NCBI GenBank assembly: GCA_001821395.1
Contig: MHLM01000015.1
Location: 1 to 64,000, forward strand
Length of the DNA stretch: 64,000 nt
DNA from: Candidatus Lloydbacteria bacterium RIFCSPHIGHO2_02_FULL_50_18
GTDB lineage: Bacteria > Patescibacteriota > Minisyncoccia > Phycocordibacterales > UBA6899
Direction of reading: 5' to 3'
Shown in pieces: positions 7,252 through 17,469 of this stretch. Below the pieces are notes generated by a model that was not told the origin of the DNA, did no database searches, and was given only the letters and a program-made list of their open reading frames with translations. The position numbers and the translations under genes were made by a program. Numbering within the stretch: the first letter of the stretch is position 1; each line of letters begins with the position of its first letter.

Positions 7252-8817
7252 TTATTTATCGTTAATCGGATGTTTCTCCTTAGTTTCAACCACCAGTGTA
7301 CCATCTGAAAGACGGGCATCAAAACTCTGCCCGACGGCGATATCAGCAATACTGCGGACCACCTTTCCGCCGTGAGTGAGAATGCTATAGCCGAGTTTTA
7401 ATTGACGAAGCGGATCATTTTGCTGAACCGATCGCGCAGCGGAGGCAAGCGCCTCAAGGACAAAGCGGCGTTGTTGCCTATACTGCTCAAGAAGTGTCTT
7501 GCTCGAATAATGCAGCTCATCCTTTTTGGATGATAATTGACGCGCAAGGAGAAGGACCGAATCATTGAAGCTCGTGATGAGCAGGCGAAATGGTTGAATA
7601 AGCACATCGAGCCGTGTTTCCAATTCACCGCTTACGGTTCGCAGGGCATCTTGCATCCGCCACACATCCTGCTCGAAGCGAACGATCAACCCTCGGGAGA
7701 GCGTTTGCAGTTCGTGTATCGTATGCTCCCACGACGCATTGAGGAGGATGGTCGTTGCCGTCGGGGTCGATGGTGCGTAGTCGGCAACAAGCTGCACGAG
7801 CGGCACATCCTTGTCGTGCCCGATGGCACAGATGGTAACGGCGGGAAACGTCGCAACCTTGCGCACCACGTGCTCGTTATTGAAAGCCTGTAGACTCTCG
7901 AGTGACCCTCCGCCACGAACAAGCACAAGGACGTCAATATCTTTCGATTCGAGTAGTGTGAGTGCGGCAAGAATATCTTTGACGGCTCCCGCTCCTTCAA
8001 CGCGTGAATCGACGAAGACCACATGATAGCCGAATCGGCCGAGATTATTGAGAAAATCGTGAATGACCGCACCGGAGCGCGATGTCACGAGACCGATACG
8101 TATCGGATGTTCTTTAAGCTGCCGCTTCCTCTCGGGCGCAAATAGCCCTTCAAGCTCAAGTTTCTTTTTAAGTTCGTTGTAGGCCTTCTGGAATGCCCCT
8201 TCCCCAACGAGCTCGATCGTTTCCGCACGAAAACTGAAACGTCCCGAGGGTTTATATATCTCGCTTCTTCCCTCGAGGATGACCTCAAGCCCCTCGGCGA
8301 GCGTGATTCCCGCAAGCGCAAAATCACTCATCCACATGAAGACTGAGAGCATGCTTCCGTCTTCCGCATCGCGGAGGGAGAAGTAGACTGCTTTCCCCTG
8401 CTCCTTGAAGCTCGTCACCTCACCCTTCACGGTCGCGCGCATGCGCCAGAGCTCCCGATTCACGATGTCGAGATAGGTGCTGACGGAATAGAGCATGCGT
8501 TCCTCCTTCGGCTTTGGCAACACCATTCCATCCACAATGTAGGAAATAGCGGTAATCTCATCGGGCTTTTGTCCAAAGGCTGCCTTTGGAGTTTCCGCAC
8601 CGCCGCCTTCTTTGACCATATTGAGGATTGCAGCTCCATATTGATTGTACTTCGCTTCCTTGATGCCCTTGATGGCCGTCAGCTCTTCCTTGGTCTTCGG
8701 CATTGCTCGCACGATCTCGTCGATCGCGCTGTTCGGCAGCACGCGAAAAAGCTCAACGCCTTTCTTTGCCGCCTCACTCTCCCTCCATGCATGTAATACG
8801 CTTCGCAGATTTGCCAT
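7252..8817 (-). CDS. xseA: exodeoxyribonuclease VII large subunit with an additional N-terminal HRDC-like domain
   Basis: The core matches E. coli XseA (GLFAPERKRQLKEHPIRIGLVTSRSGAVIHDFL, VLVLVRGGGSLESLQAFNNEHVVRKV, AIGHDKDVPL). The first ~70 aa match the HRDC pattern. Confidence 0.8.
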   Translation of the reverse strand: MANLRSVLHAWRESEAAKKGVELFRVLPNSAIDEIVRAMPKTKEELTAIKGIKEAKYNQYGAAILNMVKEGGGAETPKAAFGQKPDEITAISYIVDGMVLPKPKEERMLYSVSTYLDIVNRELWRMRATVKGEVTSFKEQGKAVYFSLRDAEDGSMLSVFMWMSDFALAGITLAEGLEVILEGRSEIYKPSGRFSFRAETIELVGEGAFQKAYNELKKKLELEGLFAPERKRQLKEHPIRIGLVTSRSGAVIHDFLNNLGRFGYHVVFVDSRVEGAGAVKDILAALTLLESKDIDVLVLVRGGGSLESLQAFNNEHVVRKVATFPAVTICAIGHDKDVPLVQLVADYAPSTPTATTILLNASWEHTIHELQTLSRGLIVRFEQDVWRMQDALRTVSGELETRLDVLIQPFRLLITSFNDSVLLLARQLSSKKDELHYSSKTLLEQYRQQRRFVLEALASAARSVQQNDPLRQLKLGYSILTHGGKVVRSIADIAVGQSFDARLSDGTLVVETKEKHPINDK

Positions 8818-9281
8818 ACGGGTATTCTACTACATGAAGCGAATTGATGGCAGAAAATTGAATTCTCCAAATATACTTCGGTATTCTCTATAAAATTAAA
8901 ACTAACAAAAATACCCCAAAATGGGATATTTGAATTCTAACCAAATACTTACTTTGTTCCTTGCTGTTTCTGGAAATGATTTGGGCATTCCGGCTGAATG
9001 CAGCCCAATACTTTGAATACAAAGAATTTTCTCCTGAGCGAACTTCCACACGTCTTACATTTGGGGGAAGACTCCGGATCGCTACTCCTAATGAGCCTGG
9101 CGGGTGGCGGATTTGGTTTTCCCGCAGCATCGTATCCGAATTTCCATTCATCTGCCATTCATATTCCCCTTCTCATGTTCTGAGCATAAACTACCCTACA
9201 AAAAAATTGTGTCAAATCACACCTAGCATAAACGAAGCATGGTGTTCAACTTATAAAAATACTGCTCATTACGGCGAAGCA

Positions 9282-12200
9282 CTATACTGCCCCCGCAATG
9301 AGGTCTTCTTCGAATTGTTCGATTCCAGCAAGATCGGGGGAATATTTTGAAACATCCGGAAAATCAAGGCTGATGATCTTTTTATGGACCGCCTGGATCA
9401 GCTGCTTGAGACGTGCAACGTCTTCGTCGGTTATCGAAAGCGAAAGCGATCTGATCTCGCCGTCGACTGGCTCAAGAAATTCAAGCGTTCCTTCGTGCAC
9501 CTTCCAATTGGCAAACTCGTGGGAATTTTCGACGAGAATCTTATAGAACACCAGCTGACGTTTGTAATTATGGAGTGTGACCTTCTCGCGCGCATCCTTT
9601 CCGTCCCAGTCATACTTCGCTTTTCCGGTCTTGAAGTCGATGACATGCATATTCCCTTCTTCCTCGACCATCTTGTCGATCTTGCCCGTGAGTTGGACGT
9701 CTTCGAGAACGACGCCCTGAGCGCGAAAATCCGCTTCCGAGCGGTCGGCCTTCTTTGCGGTCTTCCCTCTCTTCTCCCACCAGACATCAAGCGCCTCTCT
9801 TCCGTGATCGCGAAAATGTGTGCGCTCAGATCGCATCATCCGTTCCTTTTCGATCGCCTCATCGAAGAAGCGAACGAGATCAGCCTTTGATGGAATTTTC
9901 CCGCTCTTGTGCAAATGGCGATAGAATATTTCGATAGCCTTGTGCATCGCGCTGCCGAATGCACTCGAGGGACTCATCGCCTGCGGGAAGCGCAGCAGAT
10001 TCTGTTCAAGAAAAGCGGTCGGTCCTCCGATAGTGACATTGAGAAAATTATTCAGATGCGTGACGCTCATGCGGTAATCCTTCACCAGCTCGGCAAGTAT
10101 CGCTTGCTCGCCGGGAACAATCGGGTAGAACGACGGATGATCGGGCACCCCCGCGATCGCCTGCACGATCTCCTCGGCTGATACACTTGTCTCGTTTTGC
10201 GCAACATGTGTTGCGAGTGAGCCCTCAGGCTTGTCCGGTTTGATGTAGTGCACGGTGAGCGTGTCTTTCCCCGCATCGTCTTTGCGATATGCAGAGAGAC
10301 ACAGATGGCGCTTCGCACGCGTCAGTGCAACGTAGAAGATGCGCAATCGATCGTCACCGCCCTCCTCTCGCTCGATAGGAAGATTGATCGGGAACGGGAG
10401 TTTATTCGGGAATCCACGACCCGCCCATACTTCCTCCTGACAGGAGATGACGAAGACCGCATCGAACTCGAGGCCTTTTGCCTTGTGCGCGGTCATCAGA
10501 TTCACCGCATTTGCGGCGCTTGCGAATGGCGTTGTGTCGGCGAGTGAGATACCATTCCGCTCGTGCATGTCCGCAAACTCTACTAAGTGACTGAGCGTGA
10601 GCTGTTTTCCCTTACGAAATTCACGAAGTGAGCCGACAAACACGCGCAGACTCGAAAGAAAGAGCAGATACCGCGGCTCATTATTCCTCCGCGCAATAGG
10701 ACCAAAATAGAACTCACGGAAGGGACTCTTCCATGTGCTTGGTTTTTTATCCGAAACGAAAGGTTTGATCGATTCATCGTGCGCGTCCTCGCCCCCTCCC
10801 GGCAGGAGCACGCCGTCACTCCCGATCAGTTCATCGAGAATGCGCTCAAGCGGCTCATGCTGTGAGCGTGCCGCGATCTCGATCAGCCATTCTCCAATGA
10901 TGCGCAACTTCTCGTTCGGATGCTCTTTCATTGCGCCGATCCACAATCGATCGTCCCGTCTATTCGCCGCGACAGAGAGATCCCAGATATCCTTTCGGCT
11001 GATGCCCCAGAACGGTGCAGTAAGTATCTCGGGCAAATATTGATCGGCCTCTTTTTGGTCACTCTTCAATAGTGTGACGATGAAGCGCGCCAATGTGACG
11101 ATGATGCGAATGTGCTCCTCTTCAAATACATTCTGCTTGCGCTCATAGGTGATCGGCATGCCGCTGCGCACCAAGACGCGTGCAATATCTTCAAGCTCCC
11201 GGTGCCTGCGAGAAATGATGGCGATCTCTTTTGCGGGTACACCTTCGGAAATCAGACGCTTCACCTCGTGCGCGACATACGCGTATTCGTGTGCGCGAGT
11301 CGGGAGCAACATGTGTTCGATGTTGCCCTTACCAAGCTCAGGTCGCGCGGCGATCAGCTTTTTCTCGAGCGTAGGAATGACCCGCTCGAGCCGCTCGTCA
11401 CTCTTTTCGATCACCTCTCGAGCAACATCGAGAATGTCCTGTGTTGAACGATAGTTCTTGGTGAGCACGATGAGCGCATGGTCCTTGTAGTGTTTGGGGA
11501 AATCAAGAATATTCGATATCTCAGCACCTTGAAAGCGATAGATAGCCTGATCGTCATCGCCCACGATCATGATATTCGCCTTACCTTCGTTCACCGGCGC
11601 ATTACCGAGATGGCGAACGAGTCGCAGCTGTGCATCATTCGTGTCCTGAAATTCATCGACGAGAATGTACTGATAGCGTTCCTGCAGGTCAGCAAGGAGT
11701 GACGGATGATCCTCAAGCGTTGAAACGACGTCAAGCAACATGTCATCAAAATCATAATAACCCTCCTTCCGCATCTCTTCGCGATACCGTGCGTATATAT
11801 CTGCAAGCGAACGCATTTTATCGAGATAGAGCGTGTCCTTGAATACCCGTTCATCAGCATCGGTAGTCTTCATCCATGACTGCTTCCACGCCGAAAGCGG
11901 AGCGGTCTTCTCTTCATCAATCGACAGACGCAGCGCCCGAGTGAGTGACAGTCCAATACTTGCTGAGATCGGAAGCCGAGCATCAAGCGGTACCGGAGCG
12001 CCGCCCTCCGCGGCGAGTTCCTTTGCGATGGCAGCGATCGGATCAAATGAATTTTTCGATAGACGCTCTGCGAATATCTTTCCAAGGAGTGTGTTGATGT
12101 GTTCGAGCGATCGCTCATTCCCTTCTATCAATTCTACAAATTCGTGAGGCGTAATGCCTGCCTGTTTCAAAAGTCCGATCGCCCGCTTCGCATCTTTAAT

Positions 12201-12689
12201 GTAGGTGTACTTTTCTTCAAATTTCGTCGACAGTGGGTCCTTGCGCGGAAGGAGAGCAAACACCGACTCAAGGATCTCCAGTTGCGTCAGTTCATCGGCT
12301 GCCACAAAATCAGCACCATCGTAAAAATATTCGGGATACGACGAGATCACCTCTCTCGCGAAACCGTGAAAAGTATAGACCGCAACCTTGTATCCGGATG
12401 GGCCGATGATCGCTGCGAGGCGCTCGCGCATGTTCACCTGCGCCGCGTCAGTAAAAGTAAGACAGAGGATGTTCCCCGGTCTGATGTCGGTGCATTTAAG
12501 AATATTTCCAACACGAAGCGAAAGCACTTGTGTCTTCCCCGTCCCGGGGCCGGCGATGACCATAACCGGCCCGTCGATAGTGTCGACTGCTTTTTTTTGT
12601 TCCGGATTCAGATTCTTGTAGGCTGCTTCGAATTGAGGTGTGGTCGACATGGAACGATTGTACCATGCAGGGAAACAACAGATCATCAA
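9282..12689 (-). CDS. UvrD/PcrA-family ATP-dependent DNA helicase fused to a C-terminal PD-(D/E)xK (RecB/AddA-type) nuclease domain
   Basis: Walker A GPGTGKTQ, UvrD motifs (TFHGFAR, VDEFQDTN, GDDDQAIYRFQGA). C-terminal VIDFKTGK plus the QLVFY motif of the RecB nuclease family. Probable true start is ATG 12650 (MSTTPQFEAAY). Confidence 0.8.
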   Translation of the reverse strand: MMICCFPAWYNRSMSTTPQFEAAYKNLNPEQKKAVDTIDGPVMVIAGPGTGKTQVLSLRVGNILKCTDIRPGNILCLTFTDAAQVNMRERLAAIIGPSGYKVAVYTFHGFAREVISSYPEYFYDGADFVAADELTQLEILESVFALLPRKDPLSTKFEEKYTYIKDAKRAIGLLKQAGITPHEFVELIEGNERSLEHINTLLGKIFAERLSKNSFDPIAAIAKELAAEGGAPVPLDARLPISASIGLSLTRALRLSIDEEKTAPLSAWKQSWMKTTDADERVFKDTLYLDKMRSLADIYARYREEMRKEGYYDFDDMLLDVVSTLEDHPSLLADLQERYQYILVDEFQDTNDAQLRLVRHLGNAPVNEGKANIMIVGDDDQAIYRFQGAEISNILDFPKHYKDHALIVLTKNYRSTQDILDVAREVIEKSDERLERVIPTLEKKLIAARPELGKGNIEHMLLPTRAHEYAYVAHEVKRLISEGVPAKEIAIISRRHRELEDIARVLVRSGMPITYERKQNVFEEEHIRIIVTLARFIVTLLKSDQKEADQYLPEILTAPFWGISRKDIWDLSVAANRRDDRLWIGAMKEHPNEKLRIIGEWLIEIAARSQHEPLERILDELIGSDGVLLPGGGEDAHDESIKPFVSDKKPSTWKSPFREFYFGPIARRNNEPRYLLFLSSLRVFVGSLREFRKGKQLTLSHLVEFADMHERNGISLADTTPFASAANAVNLMTAHKAKGLEFDAVFVISCQEEVWAGRGFPNKLPFPINLPIEREEGGDDRLRIFYVALTRAKRHLCLSAYRKDDAGKDTLTVHYIKPDKPEGSLATHVAQNETSVSAEEIVQAIAGVPDHPSFYPIVPGEQAILAELVKDYRMSVTHLNNFLNVTIGGPTAFLEQNLLRFPQAMSPSSAFGSAMHKAIEIFYRHLHKSGKIPSKADLVRFFDEAIEKERMMRSERTHFRDHGREALDVWWEKRGKTAKKADRSEADFRAQGVVLEDVQLTGKIDKMVEEEGNMHVIDFKTGKAKYDWDGKDAREKVTLHNYKRQLVFYKILVENSHEFANWKVHEGTLEFLEPVDGEIRSLSLSITDEDVARLKQLIQAVHKKIISLDFPDVSKYSPDLAGIEQFEEDLIAGAV

Positions 12690-12759
12690 ATAACCACAGC
12701 TGCGAGGCGCAGAGGGTGGTCACGTGCCAAAGCAGGTATTGATTATTTGGTCATTTCGA

Positions 12760-12786
12760 AGAAAAAAACCGCACGGATGTGCGGTC
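12760..12786 (-). terminator. rho-independent terminator downstream of the 12792-13421 gene
   Basis: Hairpin accgcac-ggat-gtgcggt followed, on the minus strand, by a U7 run. Confidence 0.6.
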
Positions 12787-12791
12787 TAAAC

Positions 12792-13421
12792 TTAGTCGGA
12801 TATAAGCAATTCAACAAGCTCCGGATAATCAGAGATCACCTTGTTCTGCAGCGACGCGGCAACGAGAACTTCCGTCAACTGCATATCCAACTCGATGTCA
12901 GACAGGCCTTTTCCGTCAAGTATCTCGGACAGGGATTGCATCTCCATGAAGGCATTATCGCCGAATGCGGCAGAATGCTTTCTTCTCATTGACTTCATCG
13001 TACGGATACCGGACTCCGGAAACCATCGACGACGGAACAACACCCTGCCGCGCGCCAGGGCAATGGCAGATAAGAACCAAAACTGCTTTATATGGATATC
13101 CCCGTAACCGGCAAACTGAGGGCTGTGCAACTTGCGGGCAATACCACAGAGCCATAAAGCATAGCATTCATGATTCTTGGGAAACGTCACGATATTCTTT
13201 GCATTCGAACTTCCGGAGGGAACTTTTCCCAATACGCTTGCGACAATTCCCACACGTATCCCGGGCATACCCCCCTCAGGATAATCCTGGAGAGAAACGA
13301 TCGACGCAGGTGCATGCCCGCGTGCTACGAATACGAGATTATCAAGCCTGCGGATCTCACCGACAAGGTCCAGCAAAGAGAGCCGGACGTCAGATTGATC
13401 ACCAGTGTCCATCTCATCCAT
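12792..13421 (-). CDS. hypothetical protein
   Basis: 209-aa ORF with its own terminator; no motif recognised with confidence. Confidence 0.4.
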   Translation of the reverse strand: MDEMDTGDQSDVRLSLLDLVGEIRRLDNLVFVARGHAPASIVSLQDYPEGGMPGIRVGIVASVLGKVPSGSSNAKNIVTFPKNHECYALWLCGIARKLHSPQFAGYGDIHIKQFWFLSAIALARGRVLFRRRWFPESGIRTMKSMRRKHSAAFGDNAFMEMQSLSEILDGKGLSDIELDMQLTEVLVAASLQNKVISDYPELVELLISD

Positions 13422-13649
13422 GTTTTTCTCCCATTACTTCTTGGCTCACTATAATGAGTAATATCCAGTCAGTCAACTCTTCGCGTTGCTCCTTCAGCGT
13501 AGCCGGAGAAATGAACGCATCGGAAAAGATAGAGTTAACTGTTGTGCGCTAGCGCCCAAGGAACCAAAAAACAAAAAAGCCTATGATCGCTAAGGTAAAT
13601 ACGATAAGGGTAACCGCAACGGCATTTTTTAACCACATAGAAATAAAGA

Positions 13650-15044
13650 TTAATGTATTGAAAATTCCTCAGAGTGCACACAGCTCACCGGGACCTGCCA
13701 CTTTGCAAACTGAGACTTGATCGATCTCATCATGGGGGGTGGTCCGCACACAAAGATCTCCTTTCCTAGTAGATTTTTACTTTCGGCCGCAATGGCATCT
13801 GCCGACAAATACCCCTTCTCTACTCCATACCAAGGGATAAGGCGGAAATTCGGATTCGTTGCCGCAATCGAGCACAACTCTTCGTTCCATGCCGCACCCT
13901 CAGATGACATCGCCGAATAATACATATCTACCTTATAGTCGCTCTCTTTGGTCAGACTTCGTGCCATAGAGAGAAACGGTGTGACGCCGATCCCTCCGGC
14001 GATCCATATCTGCTCCTTGCAGGGATAATAGACATATGATGTCCTCCCGAAAGGACCCTCGATAACCGCGCGAGACCCGGGCATTATCCGATTCAATTGT
14101 TTCGTATAATCACCGAGGGCCTTGACTCCGATCGAAAGTTTATCGGTTCCCGGTGACGAAGTGAGCGAGAACGGATGCACTTCCTCGAGTCCCCTGGTAT
14201 CGGGAAATCCGATGAACACAAATTGACCGGGCGTGTAGCTCATCGGTTTTCCGTCCTTGGCATGCATGACGATCTCGACGATGCTCGGATTTATCTGTTT
14301 CACTTCATCAACCACATATTCGCGTCTTGGGATCAACAATGCGCCAAGGATCGTACGATACATGATACTTGCAAAGCCGATGGCCGCGAGAAACCACATG
14401 TAGTACTGAAGTACGGGAGATCGCGTCACATCGCTAGAGACGAAGAGCGCATGAAGCGCGCCGAAGAAAAAAGCGAAACCGAGAAATTTGTGCGTGAGCT
14501 TCCAAGTATGATATGGCAGCTTGATAAAAAAAGTAAGCACGAGAAACAGTATCATGAGGAGAAGTGCAACAACACCGAATAGATATGAGCATTCAGGGTT
14601 AACGAGACTGAACTGCGCAAAACAGAACGGATTTGCAATATAAAGCACATAACTGCTCTTCAATCCGATCGCCCCAAAACCAAGATACTGCGCGACCAAC
14701 AATATCGGATGAACAAGCAGAAGAATGAACGAGACTCCGCCCAAAATATGATGCACGATATACACCCGATTCATGCCGCCAAAGAGACTCTCGAGGAAGC
14801 GGAGGCGCGCACCAAGCACGAGGTTAAGCGCAAACATCGCCATGCCGACCAGACCGAGCGCTTGCCCGAGCGCCTGCATCGTGAGGGAAAAACTAAATGC
14901 TCCATGGCTGATAAAACGCTGATGGAGAGGAAGTGGTGTAAAAAACCAAAAGACGAGCGGAAGGAAGGACAGAAATAGCATTAGTGGCCACCCAAGTTTT
15001 GAGACACGAGGAAATTTCATTGCTTCATTGTAACACCTCACCAA
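13650..15044 (-). CDS. ferric reductase / NOX-like flavocytochrome (ferric-reductase TM domain fused to FAD- and NAD(P)-binding domains)
   Basis: N-terminal polytopic domain with conserved His. HPFSLTSSP (the FNR-type HPFT motif), GGIGVTP and CGPPPM NAD(P)-binding motifs. Confidence 0.7.
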   Translation of the reverse strand: MVRCYNEAMKFPRVSKLGWPLMLFLSFLPLVFWFFTPLPLHQRFISHGAFSFSLTMQALGQALGLVGMAMFALNLVLGARLRFLESLFGGMNRVYIVHHILGGVSFILLLVHPILLVAQYLGFGAIGLKSSYVLYIANPFCFAQFSLVNPECSYLFGVVALLLMILFLVLTFFIKLPYHTWKLTHKFLGFAFFFGALHALFVSSDVTRSPVLQYYMWFLAAIGFASIMYRTILGALLIPRREYVVDEVKQINPSIVEIVMHAKDGKPMSYTPGQFVFIGFPDTRGLEEVHPFSLTSSPGTDKLSIGVKALGDYTKQLNRIMPGSRAVIEGPFGRTSYVYYPCKEQIWIAGGIGVTPFLSMARSLTKESDYKVDMYYSAMSSEGAAWNEELCSIAATNPNFRLIPWYGVEKGYLSADAIAAESKNLLGKEIFVCGPPPMMRSIKSQFAKWQVPVSCVHSEEFSIH

Positions 15045-15520
15045 CTGCCGGAAAACTCATCATGACCGCCCGAAAGAAACTCTTCGATCCTCCGTTTTGT
15101 CGCAGGGGCGATATCTTCCGGCAGTTGATCGATCGGAAAAAAGCGACGCTCCGCGATCTCAAGATTCGGCCTCCAAAGATCAAGCTCCTCCCACTCACCG
15201 GCCACATACACATGCATCGTGATCGTCGTAAAAAAACGTTTCTCAGAGTAGGTACCGAGTTTGCGCACGATATTTCTGATGAACACCCGAGCCTCCTCTT
15301 TGGTCTCTCGGATAGCGGCGGACTCCGGTGCCTCAAGCGACTCGATCTTTCCTCCGGGAAACTCCCAGTGAGGACGATAAGTTGTCTTGATCAGCAAAAT
15401 TTCCCCATGCCGTTCGACGAGGGCTTGTGCACCGTTCAGCTGGATTCCTAATAACGATTCCGCACCGACAAGCGTACGGTACAGATAATTGAGGGCTGGA
15501 GAATAGGTGATCATACTCAA
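15038..15520 (-). CDS. NUDIX hydrolase
   Basis: Nudix box GGKIESLEAPESAAIRETKEEA. Confidence 0.8.
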   Translation of the reverse strand: MSMITYSPALNYLYRTLVGAESLLGIQLNGAQALVERHGEILLIKTTYRPHWEFPGGKIESLEAPESAAIRETKEEARVFIRNIVRKLGTYSEKRFFTTITMHVYVAGEWEELDLWRPNLEIAERRFFPIDQLPEDIAPATKRRIEEFLSGGHDEFSGSW

Positions 15521-17349
15521 TTATATCCTACTGCCTGGAGGGCAAAAAGTCGTGCGTATTCTCCCCCAAGAGCGACCAGCTCCTCGTGGGTCCCCGACTC
15601 CTTGATCGTCCCGTCCAAGAGTACGATGATCTTGTCAGCGTGCCGCACCGTAGAAAATCGGTGTGAGATAAGGATGACGGTGCGGTCCTTCGGCAGTGCT
15701 TCAAGCTTTTCAAAGATGTGCGCCTCAGATTCGGCATCGACCGAGGCGGTCGGCTCATCGAATATCCATATCCGTGGATCGCGATAAAAGACCCGTGCGA
15801 TGGCAAGCTTCTGTTTTTGCCCAATGGACGGCTCGATGCCATTATCAAACTCTTTCCCCAGTACCGAGTCGTACCCTTTCGGCAGATTCCCGACAAAAGA
15901 TTCGGCCTCGCTTTTCATCGCCGCATCCTCGATCAGGTGCATGTCTTCCGAGCTCGATGAATCACCCAATGCGATCGCTTCTTTGATCGTAAAACTGTCA
16001 TAGGTCGAATATTCCTGAAAGAGCGCGCCGATCATTCCATACCAGCTCTTCTGTTCGACCAACCGCAGGTCTGTTCCATCGACCGTGATCTTCCCCATGG
16101 TGGGGTCGTAAAAGCGCGCGAGCAATTTGATGAGCGTTGTCTTCCCCGCCCCGTTCAATCCGACGATGGCGAGCTTTGTTCCGGCGGGAATATGCAGATC
16201 AATATCGCGGAGGATCGGGGTAGTCGAATCCGGATATGAAAAATCAACATGATCAAATACGATATCGGGCGTCTTAGCGGAGTCCAATATGATGGGGTGT
16301 TCCGCCTCCGCAATCATCCCGGGAAGATCGAGCAGCTTGAACACATCCGTGACGAAAAGATTATCCTGGTACTGGACGCCGAGATTCGAAAAGAACCCTG
16401 AGAGCGACATACTCAGTCCCCCCATCGAGGAAAGAAGGAACACGAAAGTACCGATGGCGATCTCACCGGCGAGCACCTGATGCACGAACCACAACGCAGA
16501 GATACCAATAGTAAGCTGTGCAAAAAATTGGGTTGAGAGCTGAAGCAGTAACTTGTGACGATCTGCACGAATTTGTTCAGACTGAAATGAGGCATACAGT
16601 TCACCGATAAGTGACATGAATTTTTTCACATTCTGGAACAGTTTGAGTTCGATCAGATGTCGCACGTGCACGGTATGCTCCGTAAGTGCCCAGAATCGCC
16701 GCCGACGCGCCGCCCCCGAGCCATAGATACTCCACACCTCTCTTCCGTATTTTATCTCTATATAAAGGCTGGGTATCGTACCGACCACGAGCAAAAGGAG
16801 CAGCCACCACGTCGCATATCCCAATACGACCATAGCGATGATGATCTCAAAAATATTCTGCAAAATGAAAAGTTGACGACTTGCAAAACTCTCCATACGC
16901 CACACACCGCTTTCTTTCACCTTAAGAAAGATATCCTGCAATGCGGGGTCCTCGTGACTGGCAACATCAAGCACGGCCATCTTGGAATACACGAGCATCG
17001 TAAACAATTCCTCAAAATAAAAACGAAATACCTTGTTGTAATACCACTGAAGCGTATAGACGAGCGGGGGCAAGACCTCCGAAAAGATCAGAAACCCCAC
17101 ATACAGCAATATCTCTTTATCGAAAACGCCTTTTCCTACGGCACCCAAAAGATGGTTAATGAGCAGAGCCACTGCGCCCGTCCGCAGAAACGGCATCGCT
17201 GCGCCGAATACATACAATGCACCAACGGAAGTCAGAAGCAATTTTCGTCCTCCCCAGACGATAAGCCAAACACGCTTCATGTTGATGAGCGTTGAGACGA
17301 GCGCAGACAAGCGCAGTGTTTCTTGATGTTCAGGGTTCGATCGTGGCAT
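15517..17349 (-). CDS. ABC transporter, fused permease/ATP-binding exporter (MsbA-like)
   Basis: Six N-terminal TM helices. Walker A GLNGAGKTT, signature SIGQKQ, Walker B IWIFDEPT, H-loop. Confidence 0.85.
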   Translation of the reverse strand: MPRSNPEHQETLRLSALVSTLINMKRVWLIVWGGRKLLLTSVGALYVFGAAMPFLRTGAVALLINHLLGAVGKGVFDKEILLYVGFLIFSEVLPPLVYTLQWYYNKVFRFYFEELFTMLVYSKMAVLDVASHEDPALQDIFLKVKESGVWRMESFASRQLFILQNIFEIIIAMVVLGYATWWLLLLLVVGTIPSLYIEIKYGREVWSIYGSGAARRRRFWALTEHTVHVRHLIELKLFQNVKKFMSLIGELYASFQSEQIRADRHKLLLQLSTQFFAQLTIGISALWFVHQVLAGEIAIGTFVFLLSSMGGLSMSLSGFFSNLGVQYQDNLFVTDVFKLLDLPGMIAEAEHPIILDSAKTPDIVFDHVDFSYPDSTTPILRDIDLHIPAGTKLAIVGLNGAGKTTLIKLLARFYDPTMGKITVDGTDLRLVEQKSWYGMIGALFQEYSTYDSFTIKEAIALGDSSSSEDMHLIEDAAMKSEAESFVGNLPKGYDSVLGKEFDNGIEPSIGQKQKLAIARVFYRDPRIWIFDEPTASVDAESEAHIFEKLEALPKDRTVILISHRFSTVRHADKIIVLLDGTIKESGTHEELVALGGEYARLFALQAVGYN

Positions 17350-17405
17350 ACATACTGAGGCGTTAAGCCTCGACGCTCATTTTAACATATTTAACGCCCT
17401 AGCTG

Positions 17406-17450
17406 TGGACCATAACGGAATCTCCACCTACCGTGGCGGGTGGATTCTCC
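17406..17450. repeat. Degenerate tRNA-Ala 3'-end-like repeat (att-like), diverged copy of the 25096-25140 element, located just past the end of hsdR
   Basis: tggaccataacggaatctccacctaccgtggcgggtggattctcc, compared by eye with tggaccgtacaggaatctcggctaccgccgcgggtgatattc and with the 3' part of tRNA-Ala(GGC). Confidence 0.5.
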
Positions 17451-17469
17451 TACGGAACAATACAAATTG

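Noticed and set aside
8818-9281. ORFs 8888-9151, 8949-9158, 8961-9350 and a possible RNase P/SRP RNA in the xseA-helicase intergenic region
   Set aside because: The ORFs are short, overlapping and without start context. The P4-like string gaagactccgg lacks the partner ACAGAA/CCGGCU elements of RNase P RNA, and no SRP domain IV motif is present.
12099-12992. 297-aa plus-strand ORF
   Set aside because: Antisense to the helicase-nuclease gene and its promoter region.
12792-13421. Metallophosphoesterase assignment for the 209-aa hypothetical protein (KNHE and GDIH strings)
   Set aside because: The two strings occur in the wrong order relative to the calcineurin-like motif series (GDxHG before GNHE), so the resemblance is judged coincidental.
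16657-17295. 212-aa plus-strand ORF
   Set aside because: Antisense to the ABC exporter gene.
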